DNA of 63,866 nt, filler included, from Octopus bimaculoides (lineage: Eukaryota): NCBI RefSeq assembly GCF_001194135.2. It is 6 parts of 6 records of this genome, joined end to end, with 100 filler letters (N's around TTAATTAATTAA, not from the genome) between each part and the next. Parts side by side here need not be neighbours in the genome. Positions count along the whole stretch, not along the records: positions 12,512 to 38,470 come from NC_069010.1; positions 38,571 to 55,358 come from NC_068990.1; 4 more parts are not named here. One strand, given 5' to 3'. Of this stretch, positions 35,401-46,128 are shown in pieces (positions within the stretch are counted from its first letter, which is position 1; each line of letters starts with the position of its first letter). A model generated the notes under the pieces. That model ran no database searches, was not told the origin of the DNA, and was given only the letters and a program-made list of their open reading frames with translations. The translations under genes and the position numbers were made by a program.

Positions 35401-36934
35401 NNNNNNNNNNNNNNNNNNNNNNNNNNNNNNNNNNNNNNNNNNNNNNNNNNNNNNNNNNNNNNNNNNNNNNNNNNNNNNNNNNNNNNNNNNNNNNNNNNNN
35501 NNNNNNNNNNNNNNNNNNNNNNNNNNNNNNNNNNNNNNNNNNNNNNNNNNNNNNNNNNNNNNNNNNNNNNNNNNNNNNNNNNNNNNNNNNNNNNNNNNNN
35601 NNNNNNNNNNNNNNNNNNNNNNNNNNNNNNNNNNNNNNNNNNNNNNNNNNNNNNNNNNNNNNNNNNNNNNNNNNNNNNNNNNNNNNNNNNNNNNNNNNNN
35701 NNNNNNNNNNAAATACTATTGCTGGAAGAGAAAATAAAATAAATGAGAGAGAGAGGAGGAGGAGGAGGAGGAGGAGGGAAAAAGGAGAAAATAGAGAGAG
35801 GAGGAGGGGAGAAGGGGACAGAGGAGGTAAGAGAGAAGTGGCACATAAAATACACCATCTTGAGTGTGGCCGTTGCCAGTACCACCTGACTGGCCATCGT
35901 GCCAGTGGCACGTAAAAGTACCCACTACACTCTCGGAGCAGTTGGCATTAGGAAGGGCACCCAGCTGTAGAAACTCTGACAGATCAGATTGGAGCCTGGT
36001 GTAGCCATCTGGTTTCACCAGTCCTCAGTCAAATCGTCCAACCCATGCTAGCATGGAAAGCGGACGTTTAAACGATGATGATGATGATGATGAGTCGGCA
36101 CATAAAGCTTTTATTTGCTGCCAACAATAACTGCACTTGCACGGTGGATTTGAAAAATTATAATGCATAAAGATGGTACATGGTCAAATGAATCAACCCC
36201 TAGTACTTTTTTTTTAATATTTTAAAGCCTCATATTTATTCTGTCAGCATCTTTTGCTGAACTGCTAAGTGAAATAGACGTAAACACATCAACACTGGTT
36301 GTCAAGCAGTGACGAGGGACAGCCACAGACACACACATATGATAGGCTTCTTTCAGTTTCCATCTACCAAATCCTGTAGCTATATATGTGTGTGCACATG
36401 TGCATGTGCTTATTTCTGTATAGGCCCTTGTGTTAGTCCCCTACCATTTTTTCAACTGGTGTAAGTTTATTTACATCCCCAATACTTAACAATTTAGCAC
36501 AGGAGTCCAACAGACTGGGAACCAGAGTTAACAATCTAAGATCTTACTACTGCCCCAGCATGGTCACAGTTTAAAAACTGAAACCAATAAACCAGCAAAA
36601 CTATGTCACACACCACGATTCCCCCACCTCTACTGGACAACAAAACTCTTGCACTAATTCTACCGCAGCCACCGCCACACCCACCTCAGTTGGCACCACC
36701 CCTGCCACCACTGTCACCACCGCCATCATAATACCATTGCCACTACAACCACAATCACCATCATCACCACCAATATCGTAACCACCACAAAAGCCACCAC
36801 CACCACCACCACCATCATTATGATTACCATCATTACCACCCACAATCATCATTATTATAAACATAGAAGTTTAATGAAGAATAACACTCACGCCCCCTTG
36901 TGTTTAAGTTAGTGTAAGATGCTATGCCAACATT
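13543..36934 (-). CDS. Thioester-containing protein (TEP/CD109-like, alpha-2-macroglobulin superfamily), partial multi-exon gene (12 visible exons, about 484 codons)
   Basis: Exons with canonical GT/AG ends and compatible phases translate to A2M-family motifs in the correct order: [73 protein letters not shown]. Exon boundaries parallel those I recall for vertebrate CD109. Orthology is not established, so no symbol is given. Confidence 0.95.
14055..14820. repeat. (GGT/AGT/AAT)n trinucleotide microsatellite
   Basis: Direct inspection; interrupted by an N gap. Confidence 0.95.
14829..14987 (-). CDS. TEP exon, [53 protein letters not shown]
   Basis: Acceptor ttgttctttgcag, donor gtaaga, 159 nt (phase 0 to 0). 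DTV-x-x-L-x-AL-x-x-YA marks the end of the TED domain. Confidence 0.95.
16734..16906 (-). CDS. TEP exon, [58 protein letters not shown]
   Basis: Acceptor tactttccag, donor gtgagt, 173 nt (phase 1 to 0). Contains the VE-x-x-AY-x-LL and QRN-x-x-GGF-x-S-x-Q motifs. Confidence 0.95.
17220..17640. repeat. Minisatellite, about 21-bp unit GAGAGACAGAGTTCAGACAGA
   Basis: Tandem copies on both sides of an N gap. Confidence 0.9.
17675..17852 (-). CDS. TEP exon, [59 protein letters not shown]
   Basis: Acceptor atttgtgcag, donor gtaacg, 178 nt (phase 0 to 1). TED helix pattern YL...D-x-Y-x-x-A...AL. Confidence 0.88.
17897..18240. repeat. (TAG)n microsatellite
   Basis: Direct inspection. It is the source of the poly-Tyr/Thr/Val pseudo-ORFs. 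Confidence 0.97.
19518..19592 (-). CDS. TEP exon, [25 protein letters not shown]
   Basis: Acceptor ttttccatctag, donor gtaagt, 75 nt (phase 0 to 0). Matches the GG...LTAYV-x-I-x-LL motif of the TED domain. Confidence 0.93.
21821..21902 (-). CDS. TEP exon, [28 protein letters not shown]
   Basis: Acceptor tttatttgaag, donor gtaagt, 82 nt (phase 1 to 2). Carries the DGSFSAFG...GSTW hallmark. Confidence 0.97.
22765..22960 (-). mobile_element. SINE/RTE-tail family B copy (further copies at about 15180-15380, 18845-19070, 20650-20780, 24715-24870, 35860-36090, 38340-38470)
   Basis: Recurrent (CAT)n-cgtttaacgtccgctttccatgctagcatgggttggacg...tttctacagctggatgcccttcc. The (GAT)n tail on the sense strand is typical of RTE-mobilised elements. 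Confidence 0.85.
23064..23240 (-). CDS. TEP thioester exon, [60 protein letters not shown]
   Basis: Acceptor ttttgtag, donor gtaagt, 177 nt (phase 1 to 1). GCGEQ is at 23170-23184. Confidence 0.97.
24369..24600. repeat. Inverted repeat with telomere-type (CCCTAA)n/(TTAGGG)n inner ends
   Basis: atctgttaggtagcagacagcagggaccc(ctaacc)n at 24369-24420 is the reverse complement of 24558-24599. Confidence 0.85.
24929..26125 (-). repeat. 93-bp tandem array derived from the 3' end of an RTE LINE ORF2 (about 13 units including gaps)
   Basis: Unit starts at 24929, 25022 and onward (period 93). It continues directly into the RTE relic at 26090-26760. Confidence 0.9.
26090..26760 (-). mobile_element. 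RTE-clade LINE relic (RT C-terminus)
   Basis: [16 protein letters not shown]...LEVVDNFCY...[18 protein letters not shown]; degraded and interrupted by a (CT)n microsatellite. Confidence 0.85.
26868..27006 (-). CDS. TEP exon, [47 protein letters not shown]
   Basis: Acceptor ccatccacag, donor gtaagt, 139 nt (phase 0 to 1). Has the AEG...PP-x-x-V-x-GSE CUB-g pattern. Confidence 0.93.
28358..28489 (-). CDS. TEP exon, [44 protein letters not shown]
   Basis: Acceptor attatttag, donor gtaaga, 132 nt (phase 0 to 0). Has the MG7 G-x-I-P-I-x-V and D-A-V-x-x-x-L-x-V pattern. Confidence 0.92.
28541..28850. repeat. 28/29-bp minisatellite (GATGT(A/T)GGATTAG(A/G)GG(G)AAACAGATGGAA), about 11 units
   Basis: Direct inspection. 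Part of the array alternates 28- and 29-bp units. Confidence 0.95.
29000..29748 (-). mobile_element. RTE-clade LINE relic (RT C-terminus to 3' end)
   Basis: [30 protein letters not shown]...[22 protein letters not shown], then an [16 protein letters not shown]-like C-terminus. Confidence 0.9.
30655..30713. repeat. Interstitial telomere-type repeats, (CCCTAA)n head-to-head with (TTAGGG)n
   Basis: ctctaaccctaaccctaaccctac-gg-ttagggttagggttagggttaaggttagggtta. The flank at 30715-30810 is homologous (inverted) to 23590-23660. Confidence 0.9.
32712..32825 (-). CDS. TEP exon, [38 protein letters not shown]
   Basis: Acceptor ttattccag, donor gtgagt, 114 nt (phase 0 to 0). Matches the FQ-x-F-x-x-L-x-x-PYS-x-x-RGE motif. 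Confidence 0.95.
33050..33330 (-). mobile_element. Tc1/mariner-superfamily transposase N-terminal relic
   Basis: [33 protein letters not shown]...[13 protein letters not shown] forms an HTH. Same type as 38633-39000. Confidence 0.7.
34927..35044 (-). CDS. TEP exon, [39 protein letters not shown]
   Basis: Acceptor aaacacag, donor gtaagt, 118 nt (phase 2 to 0). Carries the PDTITTW hallmark of the A2M domain. Confidence 0.93.
36892..36934 (-). CDS. TEP exon, [14 protein letters not shown] (likely end of MG6/linker before the bait region)
   Basis: Acceptor ttttctctttcag, donor gtgagt, 43 nt (phase 0 to 1). Resembles the G-L-x-V-x-T-N segment preceding the TEP bait region. Confidence 0.7.
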
Positions 36935-37009
36935 CTGAAAGAGAAAAGACAAGAAAATTAGCAAAGACAAGAAAATCAGCAAAGATAAATGAAAGGTTCA
37001 ACTTACAAT

Positions 37010-37760
37010 GGATAGATAGAGTGTGCAGCTTCTGATTGCATAGATAGACAAAGTGTGTAGATGTTGAGGTATAGATAGATACATTCTTTGTGATTTCTTC
37101 TTTGTGATGTAATCTTGGGACGGAATATATTTGCGGCTGAAGATAGCTTTAAACCGTCCTGTCTATCAAATATATACTCATATAATGATGCAACGACTGT
37201 TTGTGTATAACGCTTGAAACACGTGTACCGCGGAATCCTTTGTGTTCTGTTTTCATTTTACGTTTTAAGATAGATACATTATGTAGATGTTGACACAGCT
37301 GGACACAGTGTGTAGCTCTTGACTAGGTAGATGGACACAGTGTGGAGATGCTGACTAGTTAGATGGACACGGTGTGTAGATGTTGACTGGATAGATGGGC
37401 AGAGTGTGTAGAAGTTGATGGGATAGATAGAAACAGTGTATAGAAGTTGACTAGTTTGATAGACAATGTTTCTATATGTTCACTAGACAGATAACCACGG
37501 TATGTCGATGTTTATTGGATAGATGGACACAGTGTGTAGATATTGACTGGTTAGATGAACCTAGTGCGTAGATACTGATCAGATAGATGGACACAGTGTG
37601 TAAATGTTGACCACATAGATGGACACAGTGTGTAGATATTGACCAGATAGAAGACACAGTGTATAAGTGTTACTGGGAGAGATAGACAGGGTATGTATAT
37701 GTTGATGAGCTGTATAGAGACAGTATGTTGAGGGTGACTGGATGCTGTATACATAGTGTG
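37010..37760. repeat. Degenerate minisatellite, about 30-bp unit GATAGATGGACACAGTGTGTAGATGTTGACT
   Basis: Many diverged tandem copies, interrupted at about 37080-37260. Confidence 0.85.
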
Positions 37761-38052
37761 TTACTTTTGACTCTACAGACAACATTGAGTCTCCAGTCAA
37801 CATAAACACAATATTTGTTACAGTTGATTTAATAGATAGAGTGTGTATGTGAGTATGTATATATGGGACCTTGAAGATTGCTAAAATGCAAGAAACTATA
37901 CTAGTCCTTTAATATTTAATATTTCATTTATTCAATAAGACAATCAATAGATCATTTCATTTTACTATATATACTATATATTCTATATCCTACATTAATA
38001 TTATAAGAATATAAATAAAACATAAAAAAGCAGAGTTGGGATTCTTTTGAAT

Positions 38053-38086
<34 letters not shown>

Positions 38087-38632
38087 TATATCCAAAGTTT
38101 TAAATTTTTACATTTAAGAAAGAGACTTGACGCCAATATCCATATCAATGTATTTAATCCAATGTTTAACATTTCTGTATAAAGCTATATTTGACCATTA
38201 AGTATAAGTCAAAATTTAAAACTTTGGATATATAAACAAGGAGAACGATCCCTAAGGAGTCTAATTTAGATTTTTTGAGGTGAAATCTCCTGCTATATTG
38301 GTAACGATTACATAGTTTACTTTGAAAAATTATATATATCATCATCATCATCATCATCGTTTAACGTCCGCTTTCCATGCTAGCATGGGTTGGACGATTT
38401 GACTGAGGACTGGTGAAACCGGATGGCAACACCAGGCTCCAGTCTGATTTGGCAGAGTTTCTACAGCTGGNNNNNNNNNNNNNNNNNNNNNNNNNNNNNN
38501 NNNNNNNNNNNNNNTTAATTAATTAANNNNNNNNNNNNNNNNNNNNNNNNNNNNNNNNNNNNNNNNNNNNATTTCTGGGTCATTGTTACAGTTTTTGCCA
38601 ACTCTGTATAATCTTTGTTTCAGAAAATAATA

Positions 38633-39000
38633 ATGGCAGACCCTCAGCTTAGTCAAGAAATGAAGAGGCATGCTGTTATTGTGGTTATAAAGGCTGAGCA
38701 TAGCGATTTAGAAATATCATGATTTTTAAAAGTTGCCAGATCTTTCGTCTACAAAGTTTGTAAGGAGATAGACAATGGAGATGGAAACCTATCACCAGTA
38801 TCAAAGCATAAAAAGCATTCTAAACTCTCTGAAATTATCAGAACACCTGAATTTATCCAGCAAATTCAACTGAACATTGACTACAATCCCAGAAAGTCCA
38901 TGAGGTCAATTGGAAAACATCTCCATTTGTCAGGAGGATAAGTCAGAAATGTTGTCCACGAAGACATCAGATATAAGTCTTATATGATGAGGAAAGGTAA
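38633..39000 (+). mobile_element. Tc1/mariner-superfamily transposase N-terminal relic
   Basis: MADPQLSQEMKRHAVIV...SDLEIS*FLKVARSFVYKV...IRTPEFIQQIQ...NPRKSMRSIGKHLHLS...VHEDIRYKSY, with two stops. Confidence 0.85.
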
Positions 39001-40592
39001 AAAAAGCAAGAGAAAATCACTACATCAGATCTAAAAACTTCGACCAAGATCAAAATGTTAAATTTTACTTAATTTGCTTTGCGGGAGCGTATATTGTTGT
39101 TAAATGCTCGAAATACGAAACTAGAAAAACAGCCAACAGCTGATGAAGAGTCGTTCGTTATGTTTGTTTTGTTTTCCATTTGTGTCTTTCGTTATTCGAA
39201 AGAATAGTTTATGTTCCATATACTCGTGCTTCGCACTTTTCTGTTGTACGCGTTTCAAAACGTCCTGTGCCCACAGAAGTATATATATACACGAGTATAA
39301 GGAAAATAAGACAAGGTAGAAAATGCTAAAATAATTTTATCACGAAGAACATTTTAGTACCGGTTTCGGTCTTTTCAACTTTTTCAACTTTTTCAACTTT
39401 TTCAACTTTTTTAACTTTTTCAACTTAGAGTAAAGCAAGAAAAACAATTGAATTGAAGAAAATGAAATGAAATGTTTCTTTTTTAATATTTCCATAGTCT
39501 TCAAACAGGTAGGACATTCCCTCTNNNNNNNNNNNNNNNNNNNNNNNNNNNNNNNNNNNNNNGTAGCAGTTCTGAAGAAATAAGGGTGCAGAGGAATGCT
39601 TGTTCTGGATTTTGTTTGTTTAAGCAGCAGCAGCCGAGGAGGGAAAGGGTGAAGAAAAAGAAGAAGCAGGAATAGGAAAAGAAGAGAAAGAAGAATATTC
39701 ATATAAACATGCACTCGCATTCATATGTATGAAATATATTTCTTACTTGTTTCAGTCATTAAGCAACAGCCATGCTGGAGCTTTGCTCAGGCGATTCTAG
39801 ATGATGGAATATCTATAATATTATATCATGTTAAACACACACACATACACACACACAAACACACAAACACACACTTACACGCACACACACACAAATAGAT
39901 ACATACACGCAAGAACACACATGTGCACTTTTTACTTGTTTTTGTTGCTTGTGTTCTTTTTACTTGTTTCAGTCATTAAGCAACGGCCATGCTGGAGATT
40001 CGTACAGCCTATTCTAGATGATCAATCGGACCTTAGTAGTTAAGTGAAGTACTTATTGAAATGGCAAAAAGAATGAAAGTTTTGTGGACAGGTAGTGCTT
40101 AGGCGTGAACAAATACTCTCGTACATGCATATATACGAAAAGTACCACCATCTTTCTACCAGGTAGAACTTATTACTTATATCTTGATATATATACCGTT
40201 AACTAGAATACAGCTGACAACTACCAATAGATTTAATTCTAAATGGTTGAAGACTATATACTGCACAAAGTCCTCTAAACATAAGCAACTACGTCACTAC
40301 TCCTTTTATCTTGACCCTACTATTTCCTCTGCCACTGTCTAAATTATAGTAGGCTTCACAAGGTATGCATTATTTTCTAAACTCATTCTGCCACAGATAT
40401 AACAAGAGGAAACAATTTAAATATTTTAGTTTCCATTATTGATGTAAATTTATTTAAAATGTTTTATCCTTTATGTCTGATGTCTATGCAGTGATCTGAC
40501 GAGAACGGTTTCTTTCAAAATGATGTAATGTTTTCATTAATCAATCAAATGGAGCCGCTTAAAACGGCTCTAATGAATTGACACCTAAACAT

Positions 40593-41460
40593 AAATCACA
40601 ATTATAACGGAGAGGGTTGCAAAAACCCTTGTATGTCTAGAAGTAGCAGTCAAAACCACCATAAAGCCGCTATAAGCATTCATATTCTATCTCTTCACAA
40701 TGAAGCTGTCGGCGGGCGACATGATGGATGTAACTGCTATTTCTAGACATGCAAAGGCTTTTGTAACCCTCTCCGTTATGATTGTGATTTATTTATAATT
40801 ATACACATTTCTTTTATGAAATTTATGAATACATGTTTGGCCATTGATATATTCGTAAATAATTATGAATTATTTATGATATATCCATCTTAATGTATTT
40901 TTACATTACTCTTTAACTATTTAACTTTTTCACTCATATCCAGTGAATCGCCGTGGCTAGATTTACTGTTCGTTTCTTAAAAACGCTGTGCATGATTGGA
41001 ATTCAGAATTTTGAATGTGTAGATAGAGGTTGATACATTATATTTGCCGGTCGGGACACATGTAAGCCTCAAGGTAGTTTTTTTGTGAATCTATTTGTAT
41101 CTACAGGAATATTCTCCTGAAGAGTAGAATGGAACCTTCAGGTACCCAACTTTGAAATTGCTATAAAGAATTTACCTTTTATTTTTAAGCTTTGAATTTT
41201 ATGCCATGCCGCCCGCTGATAGCTTTATTGTGAAGAGACAGAATATGAATGCTCTTAGTGGCCTTATTGTAGTTTTGACTGCTATTTGTAGACATACCAG
41301 GGTTTTTGCAACTCTCAAAGTTATAATTGTGATTTATTCATAATTATATACATTTCTTTTATGAAATTTATGATTACATGTTTGGCCATTGATATATTCG
41401 TAAATAATTATGAATTGTTTATGACATATCATTCGTAATGTATTTTTACATTACTCTTTA
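40593..41460. repeat. Mosaic of inverted and direct repeats
   Basis: 40593-40650 is inverted at 40733-40790; 40593-40722 is inverted at 41205-41335; 40780-40915 is repeated directly at 41325-41460. Confidence 0.85.
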
Positions 41461-43849
41461 ATTATAGATATATATGTGTATATATNNNNNNNNNNNNNNN
41501 NNNNNNNNNNNNNNNNNNNNNNNNNNNNNNNNNNNNNNNNNNNNNNNNNNNNNNNNNNNNNNNNNNNNNNNNNNNNNNNNNNNNNNNNNNNNNNNNNNNN
41601 NNNNNNNNNNNNNNNNNNNNNNNNNNNNNNNNNNNNNNNNNNNNNNNNNNNNNNNNNNNNNNNNNNNNNNNNNNNNNNNNNNNNNNNNNNNNNNNNNNNN
41701 NNNNNNNNNNNNNNNNNNNNNNNNNNNNNNNNNNNNNATCTGCAGACTAGTTTCAGGGTGTTGCCCCTTGTCAATGCAGAGCAGCCAAGCTCCAGCCAGG
41801 CGGCGCTACTGACTGTCTGTTCGAAGGTTATTTATCTAATTTCAGTGGAATCTATCCACTGGTTTTCAGAAATAGAGTTATTAATATTTCTAAGTCTCTC
41901 TAAAGGAGACTACGGCAGCGGTACTGGAAATTAATAGTTATCGCCAAGCCAACATGGCAGTCCCAAAATTAGGACGAAAGCTGCCGTGAATTAGCTCCAA
42001 GAAGCCATCACCTCTAGCTAGCTATGTGACACACGAAACCTGTGTCCTTTATAACCTTCGAACTTTTTTCTTTTTACATCAAAACATCATCATCATCAAA
42101 ATATTGCATAACGATAAATTCAATAGCATTTAACAAAGGTTTCAGAACATTGCATAATCACAAATTTACAATCAAGAGTTCATATATCAAGTCGAATTAA
42201 AAATTCTTCGTTGTTTTCTTTTCCATTAACAACATGTCCCATCAAAGTTCTTTTCTTTTCTTTTCTTTTCAGTTAACATCACAGTTAACGAAAGTTAACG
42301 AAGTTCTTTTCTTCTTTTATAACATATAACGACAAGTACACTTTTAAAGAATATTTAAACAAACCTTCACCGCACGAATTTCCTTTCTTTCAAAACTCCT
42401 ACTACAATCCAAGAAGTGACCAACTGACTACTACGATCTTTTGGCTGCCACAACAGTTCCATCTCTCTGTCCCTCTCTCTCATTGCTTCAATCCCTATCT
42501 ACTGACCATAGGCTCTCTCTCTCAGCCTCTCTCTGTCAGTCTCTCTGTTCATTTTCACTGGCTCCACTGGCCTTCACATCAACTGCTGTACATCTTCACT
42601 GGCTGACGTTCTTCATCCAACTCCCTGGCCAACTGCTCTGGCCAATCGCCTCGCGCCAACTCCTTGATACCAACTGCTCTGGCCAACCGCTCGCGCCAAT
42701 TCCGTTTACAGCAACTCTCTCTCTCGTATTTATCACAAATACCATAGCTTTACAGTGCTACATTACTCCCCTCCAAAGCTGGGTCAGTTCAGTACAATTC
42801 CTATCTTGTTTTTCTGAACTTTCGCTGACCGGAAAGGGTCAGCGATCACTCCTACGCTAAAAATAACTGTACTTGTTCACAGGACAAAGGAAATACCATT
42901 GTCCTCAACAACCAGAATACGGTTTCAAACCCAGCTCGGGGAATAGGGATATAACATTAATTTGTTTTTCGGTGGTCGCATCAATATATATATATACATA
43001 TATATATAATTTNNNNNNNNNNNNNNNNNNNNNNNNNNNNNNNNNNNNNNNNNNNNNNNNNNNNNNNNNNNNNNNNNNNNNNNNNNNNNNNNNNNNNNNN
43101 NNNNNNNNNNNNNNNNNNNNNNNNNNNNNNNNNNNNNNNNNNNNNNNNNNNNNNNNNNNNNNNNNNNNNNNNNNNNNNNNNNNNNNNNNNNNNNNNNNNN
43201 NNNNNNNNNNNNNNNNNNNNNNNNNNNNNNNNNNNNNNNNNNNNNNNNNNNNNNNNNNNNNNNNNNNNNNNNNNNNNNNNNNNNNNNNNNNNNNNNNNNN
43301 NNNNNNNNNNNNNNNNNNNNNNNNNNNNNNNNNNNNNNNNNNNNNNNNNNNNNNNNNNNNNNNNNNNNNNNNNNNNNNNNNNNNNNNNNNNNNNNNNNNN
43401 NNNNNNNNNNNNNNNNNNNNNNNNNNNNNNNNNNNNNNNNNNNNNNNNNNNNNNNNNNNNNNNNNNNNNNNNNNNNNNNNNNNNNNNNNNNNNNNNNNNN
43501 NNNNNNNNNNNNNNNNNNNNNNNNNNNNNNNNNNNNNNNNNNNNNNNNNNNNNNNNNNNNNNNNNNNNNNNNNNNNNNNNNNNNNNNNNNNNNNNNNNNN
43601 NNNNNNNNNNNNNNNNNNNNNNNNNNNNNNNNNNNNNNNNNNNNNNNNNNNNNNNNNNNNNNNNNNNNNNTCAATAAAGTTCTAATAAGATAAGAAATTA
43701 GGAGGTATATTCCGTTGGATGATTTTGAATATATTTCCTTAACCATATAGGTTTTTTGGAGCATAAATATCAACAATATTAATAATAAGGATTACTACAA
43801 AGTTGCATATCATTACCTTTAATTCTTTAATTTATATACAGCATTACAT

Positions 43850-45760
43850 AGGCCAACACATGTTTCAACTGCACCGATTAGTAACCGTTGTAATTGCAGC
43901 TCTACTATAAAACCGGTGCATTTTCTTCAGGGTCTTTACTTGATATCCTTCGATTTCACTGTTTAAAGATTTTCTTTTATATACTCTGCGCTGTATGATG
44001 CAAAGTTGTCCGTTAAGTTAGACGCGAACAATCTCCATTTCAAGTTTTGATTGAATAATCGCTTATAGTCCATTATTTCAACCCATTCTGTTGTTTAAAT
44101 GTTTATTATTCATTTATACTAGGCAAATGTGAATTTCCTCATGTGCAAGCATCTCAAAGCTTGTTCCTGTCTAGAATTTATTACATTACCTTTGGATGTA
44201 TAAATTTGGTAAAATACTTCTAAACATGTCACATTTTTTGGTTCCAAGTCTGTATTGGTTTTGCAGTACACAAAAAATCTCATTTGATAGTGTAGTCTTT
44301 GTTTTTGTCCTTAATAGACTAGATTAATTTGCTAAGACCTGTTTGGAATCTTTTATTTTTATCTCTAAATGAACTCCAATGATTTGCCAGTCTCCTCTTG
44401 AAAATTAATGATGTCTCCCAGATGTAAAAGTATTCATTATCCCCAGCTTTACATCTACATATTACATTTTTAGTTTTACACTTATTTTTCTCATAACAAG
44501 ATTCCCACTTAGAACAATTGCAAAGATAATTTTTTATATTTATCTCAGATTTAGTTTTAATTCGGTCATTCATGGTAGAATCAAATTCATTTCCACCAAG
44601 TTCTTTATTACTATTTACTCCATTAGATAACGTTATCTTTGTTCTAATTCTAGCTGAACTTTTATTCAATTTGACGTTATCAATTATGTTAAATTGGGCT
44701 GTTTCCGTTTCCACATTTAAAGTCCTAGCGTTTCTTTCTATTTGAATTTTTTATATTCTGTTTGACGTTATTTATGCTTATTTACTACGCTATTTAGATT
44801 ATAATCACTTTTTGGAAATTTCGATATTATTTTAACATTATGTGTTGCTATAATACAGACAAAAAGCCAGTCTAATCTTATGTCTATCAAAAATGTGATA
44901 TTTGTGATCGATTGGAGAAGATTTTTGAATTGCCTTATTAGACAATTTTGAAAAAATGTAATTTACCTGTTTACCAAATGGAATAATTAACCATAAAGTA
45001 TTCTTCGAGTTAAGATCATAATCTTGATGTTTATACCCGCTTTTCGAACGAGTAAGTATTCTTTGATTTCAATCCATATTAAAGTTAGCGTTTATTTTTA
45101 TCTTTAAAGCTTTTGGTTGTTTTTATATTAAAAGAATTTTAGATTTTATTAGGGAATACTACATCCTCATTTCTATTGGCAGTACGAGAATTTTTAACCT
45201 GGTTATCAACAATCTTATGATTTTTCCTTTTGTTTGAACTATAATTGTTCATTTGATTATTTTTCCCTATTACAATCACATAATCATGTTATTTTATCAA
45301 CTTCTATATTCGATTTTAAATCCCCATTACTACCTTTCTTATAATTAGATTTGCTTATAGTGCTAGTTTACCAAAATTACAAAAAGTAGATTCGTTATTT
45401 GACTTATTGAACTTAATTTTATTATTATTAAAATTACTATTTAAAACAGATTCGTCATTTGACTTATTAAACATAATTTTATCCTCATATCACGCTTTCC
45501 AAAGTGCCTATTTATAGTAGTCTTCATTAAGTTTGAAAATATTCTCATTGGCTGATAATTTAGTTATACTAGACAAAATGTTCTTTATTAGTGAGTTTGT
45601 CACTGATTTGGGATGATTACTTCCAATATTTATATATTTAAAGTTTTCATTAGGTTTATGAAAGGGTTTATAAATTCCTTTTTTAATCTCTAACATAACA
45701 TCTAAGAAATTAAGAGTCATGTCCATCCTCTATCATTATAGATAGACCTATATTTTTAAA
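43850..45760 (-). mobile_element. Penelope-like retroelement relic (RT C-terminus + GIY-YIG)
   Basis: LNFLDVML...YKPFHKPNE...YINIGSNHP, LWLIIPF, CNC...CKTKNVI...YIWET...FKRRLANHWSSFR. Confidence 0.9.
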
Positions 45761-45826
45761 GAATCTAAAAAAATTATTTCTATATATGAATATATATATC
45801 TGTATATATAAAAGGTAGGATGTGTG

Positions 45827-45857
<31 letters not shown>

Positions 45858-46094
45858 ACGTGAATGTAATCTATGCACGTCCACAAATTATGTATACGTA
45901 TATGCGTATCTGTTTATTTGGTTATAGGCGTAGATGTATATGTATGTGCATGTGTATGTATCTATTTCTATTTATACATGTGTATGTATATATATATATG
46001 TATATATGTGTGTATGGGGACATGCACACATATGTATATTTGTATATGCGTAGGTACGTAGGTGCATATGTGTAAATGTGGGCGTTTGTGTGTA

Positions 46095-46128
<34 letters not shown>

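Noticed and set aside
36601-36864. Gly-rich ORF in the bait-region interval
   Set aside because: It is a degenerate (GGT/GAT)n microsatellite without a suitable phase-1 acceptor and donor pair.
37001-37060. gtaagt donor 72 nt upstream of TEP exon 36892-36934
   Set aside because: The would-be exon is the edge of a minisatellite and its translation has no TEP similarity.
39365-39430. (GTTGAAAAA)n reading as VEKVEKVEK after an acceptor-like tract
   Set aside because: This is a 9-bp tandem repeat inside a repeat-derived region, with no good donor and a stop soon after.
41755-41987. HDV-like ribozyme interpretation of the structured motif
   Set aside because: The P3/L3 segment would be 29 nt rather than about 13, the L3 consensus is absent and P1 is imperfect. 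It is kept only as an unclassified structure.
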